From positions 9,849 to 73,848 of the forward strand of contig CAYTKR010000004.1 in the NCBI GenBank assembly GCA_964438295.1: 64,000 bases of DNA, given 5' to 3'. Source of the DNA: an uncultured Anaerolineales bacterium. GTDB taxonomy: Bacteria; Chloroflexota; Anaerolineae; Anaerolineales; UBA11858. A program made the position numbers and the translations under genes. The notes below the pieces were generated by a model that was not told where the DNA came from, ran no database searches, and saw only the letters and a list, made by a program, of their open reading frames with translations. Below, piece after piece: positions 62,403-64,000 of the stretch. Positions within the stretch are counted from its first letter, which is position 1, and each line of letters begins with the position of its first letter.

Positions 62403-62963
62403 TCAGTTTGGATTACAGATTGAATGGATCAGTTGGACATGATGCTGTTTTTGATCCCAGGCTAAAAGGGGGGGTGGGTTGAAATCTGAAATTTGATTCT
62501 TCCCTATTGCTTTGGCGGCTTGCTGGCGAAATTGGGCTGTTTCAACCGAACCCCCAATCCCTATGCTGACTTGAAAGCCGAGCTCATTGATTTGCCCAAG
62601 GATTCTCTCGGCGATATCCTTTGCTTCAGCGACCGTTGTATCATATAGTAGGACTGCAAATTCATCTCCTCCCCAATGGCTAACCAAGTCTGTTTTCCTG
62701 ACATGCTGAATAACACTCTTCGCTACAGCTTTTATGGCCATATCTCCAGCATGATATCCTTGTTCCCGGTTGATTTCCTTAAGATTATCCAGGTCGATAA
62801 AGAGAGCAATAAACCCACCCTCAAGTGTTGCAATTTCGAAGGCCTCTCGTGTTGGTAATCGTGTCAGGGGATTGCGAACATAAAAAGGCTTTGAATCACG
62901 AAGTACCCAATCAGCGATCATAAAGCGCAAGCGATTGATAAGGGTGGCATGTATTCCTAGCAT
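62403..62963 (-). CDS. stand-alone GGDEF-domain protein (diguanylate cyclase-like)
   Basis: The GGDEF motif is intact (SHWGGDEFAVLL) and FIDLDNLKEINREQGYHAGD is present. At 186 aa there is no sensor domain. Confidence 0.8.
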   Translation of the reverse strand: MLGIHATLINRLRFMIADWVLRDSKPFYVRNPLTRLPTREAFEIATLEGGFIALFIDLDNLKEINREQGYHAGDMAIKAVAKSVIQHVRKTDLVSHWGGDEFAVLLYDTTVAEAKDIAERILGQINELGFQVSIGIGGSVETAQFRQQAAKAIGKNQISDFNPPPLLAWDQKQHHVQLIHSICNPN

Positions 62964-63024
62964 CTCTACTTCCTCTCTGGGGTATGATTTCCAAACTAGT
63001 TAGTGCAAGGATCGTACCAATTCG

Positions 63025-63044
63025 TTGTTCAGAAGCTGTTTAGG
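63025..63044 (-). promoter_or_regulatory. conserved 20-nt upstream element, copy C
   Basis: The plus strand reads TTGTTCAGAAGCTGTTTAGG, matching copies A and B at 17 of 20 positions. It lies 61 nt upstream of the ATG at 62963. Confidence 0.45.
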
Positions 63045-63405
63045 AGCATTGAATAAATCATGTAGATACTCGCGAGGAATTTAGGAATATATAAAAAAAC
63101 AGCAAGAACCGTATTTAGATAGTCAGGTGAGATTATCTCCAACCTTGTTGTGGGTAGACTGGGGAAAGAAGGATCTCAGCTTGAGTAAGAATTGAATATG
63201 CCAAGCCAAGAGCCTTAGCAGGGGTGCGTTCGGAAGGCGTGTGATTTCTATTTTCTTTTCCATGCGGTTATCTTACCGCTTCACCGCCTTCCTTTCACTC
63301 ACCGGTTGGTTTAGAGTTTTGGATATCAACAAAGCTCATAATACCATGGCAATGTCTTTTACCTTCCAAGAAACCCCGAAGTTCACTTGCCGAATAACGT
63401 CAATT

Positions 63406-64000
63406 CTAAGTTTTGCTGTGGAAAATAGCCAAGCATACTTCATCTACTGTTCCGGGGTCAGCGATGTTTAGCCATGGAAGTTCGGCCAAAGGAGGCGTTC
63501 CCGCCCCATAAGAGCAGATCGTGATTTGGCGAAACTGGGCTTCGGTCTCCAGCCTTTCAAACACCGTGTTGAAGATTTCCCCGCCAAAGGGATTGAAAAG
63601 GAAGAACACGGTCCCTTTGGAATAATCGACATCCCGGGCATCGGCTTGGATGAATTTTGCTCCAGTCAACCCCAGTCGTGCGGCACGCTGGACTGCGTAT
63701 TGGTAATAGGTGGGTTCGTACTCCACGCCGATGCAGGGGATGCCCGCCAGAAGATGCACCAGCATGATGACTTTTCCCAGGCCTGATCCTAAATCGTAGA
63801 AGACATCATCCAGCGAGAACTGTACCTGGTCGTATAGTTCCAGGATCACACTGACGGGCGTGGGCTCGTAACGCACCATCCCATAGGTGCGTTCAGAGGT
63901 TGGTTCTGGGTGCGGCAGAGGGATCAGCACGCCCTCGATCAGGCTGTCCAGGTTTTCATAGCCATAATGAGGTTGACCGTGATTTTCAGGGGAGTAATTT
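63406..64000 (-). CDS. class I SAM-dependent methyltransferase-like protein; 5' end probably outside the window
   Basis: SAM motif I VFYDLGSGLGKV. The frame stays open from the track start GTG at 63930 to position 64000 (NYSPENHGQPHYGYENLDSLIEG), so the true start is uncertain. Confidence 0.65.
   Translation of the reverse strand, partial: NYSPENHGQPHYGYENLDSLIEGVLIPLPHPEPTSERTYGMVRYEPTPVSVILELYDQVQFSLDDVFYDLGSGLGKVIMLVHLLAGIPCIGVEYEPTYYQYAVQRAARLGLTGAKFIQADARDVDYSKGTVFFLFNPFGGEIFNTVFERLETEAQFRQITICSYGAGTPPLAELPWLNIADPGTVDEVCLAIFHSKT

Noticed and set aside
62964-63405. A 440-nt gene-free region, including the 76-aa ORF at 63241-63471, considered as a small gene or ncRNA.
   Set aside because: The ORF has no RBS, shows low-complexity hydrophobic composition and overlaps the methyltransferase 3' end. 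I could recognise no conserved RNA motif. Only the 20-nt element at 63025 is reported.
1-64000. Search for tRNA, rRNA, tmRNA, transposase/integrase genes, prophage genes or toxin-antitoxin pairs.
   Set aside because: I found no T-loop/acceptor-type sequences, rRNA-like stretches or mobile-element protein signatures in any frame. The window looks like core chromosome rather than a mobile island.

Overview
The window is a 64-kb chromosomal segment with about 55 protein genes and moderate to high GC. It probably comes from a Chloroflexota (Anaerolineae-like) bacterium. That guess rests only on the protein families and the REP-type hairpins, because there is no rRNA or tRNA here to confirm it. 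All family calls come from motif recognition by eye; no database search was possible.

Most of the content is housekeeping:
- Translation and RNA: fused glyQ-glyS (runs off the left edge and is missing from the ORF track), dus, rpsA, and serS behind a T-box leader.
- Replication and repair: radA, ssb, ogt, dnaE, and a DinB-family gene.
- Proteolysis: clpC and M28, S10 and M55 peptidases.
- Regulation and transport: two ABC-2 exporters, two MFS transporters, an OmpR/HK pair and a GAF histidine kinase.
- Secreted or lipoproteins: GH114, two ASST-like proteins, a DUF1566 protein, and an FG-GAP protein.

I saw no transposase, integrase, prophage, CRISPR array, rRNA or tRNA.

The observations most worth follow-up are:
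1. A dnaX-type A_AAA_AAG slippery heptamer plus hairpin sits at the end of a ChlI-like AAA+ gene. A -1 shift there would read into the downstream ChlD-type VWA ORF.
2. One secreted polypeptide carries five FG-GAP repeats, an LPDTG motif and a complete sortase domain.
3. Two unrelated secreted proteins share a C-terminal C-x8-C-x12-C-x8-C module. The same neighbourhood has a near-identical 20-nt upstream element in front of three transcription units.
4. A dispersed heptanucleotide (CAGTNNN)n repeat family fills several intergenic spacers and runs into coding 3' ends.
5. Several hairpin/REP families are present, one with a compensatory base-pair change and one embedded in the serS T-box leader.
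6. A YtrA-type GntR heads an 8-9 gene membrane cluster (SPFH, two DUF4177, YhfC protease, ABC-2 exporter) with two distinct candidate operators.
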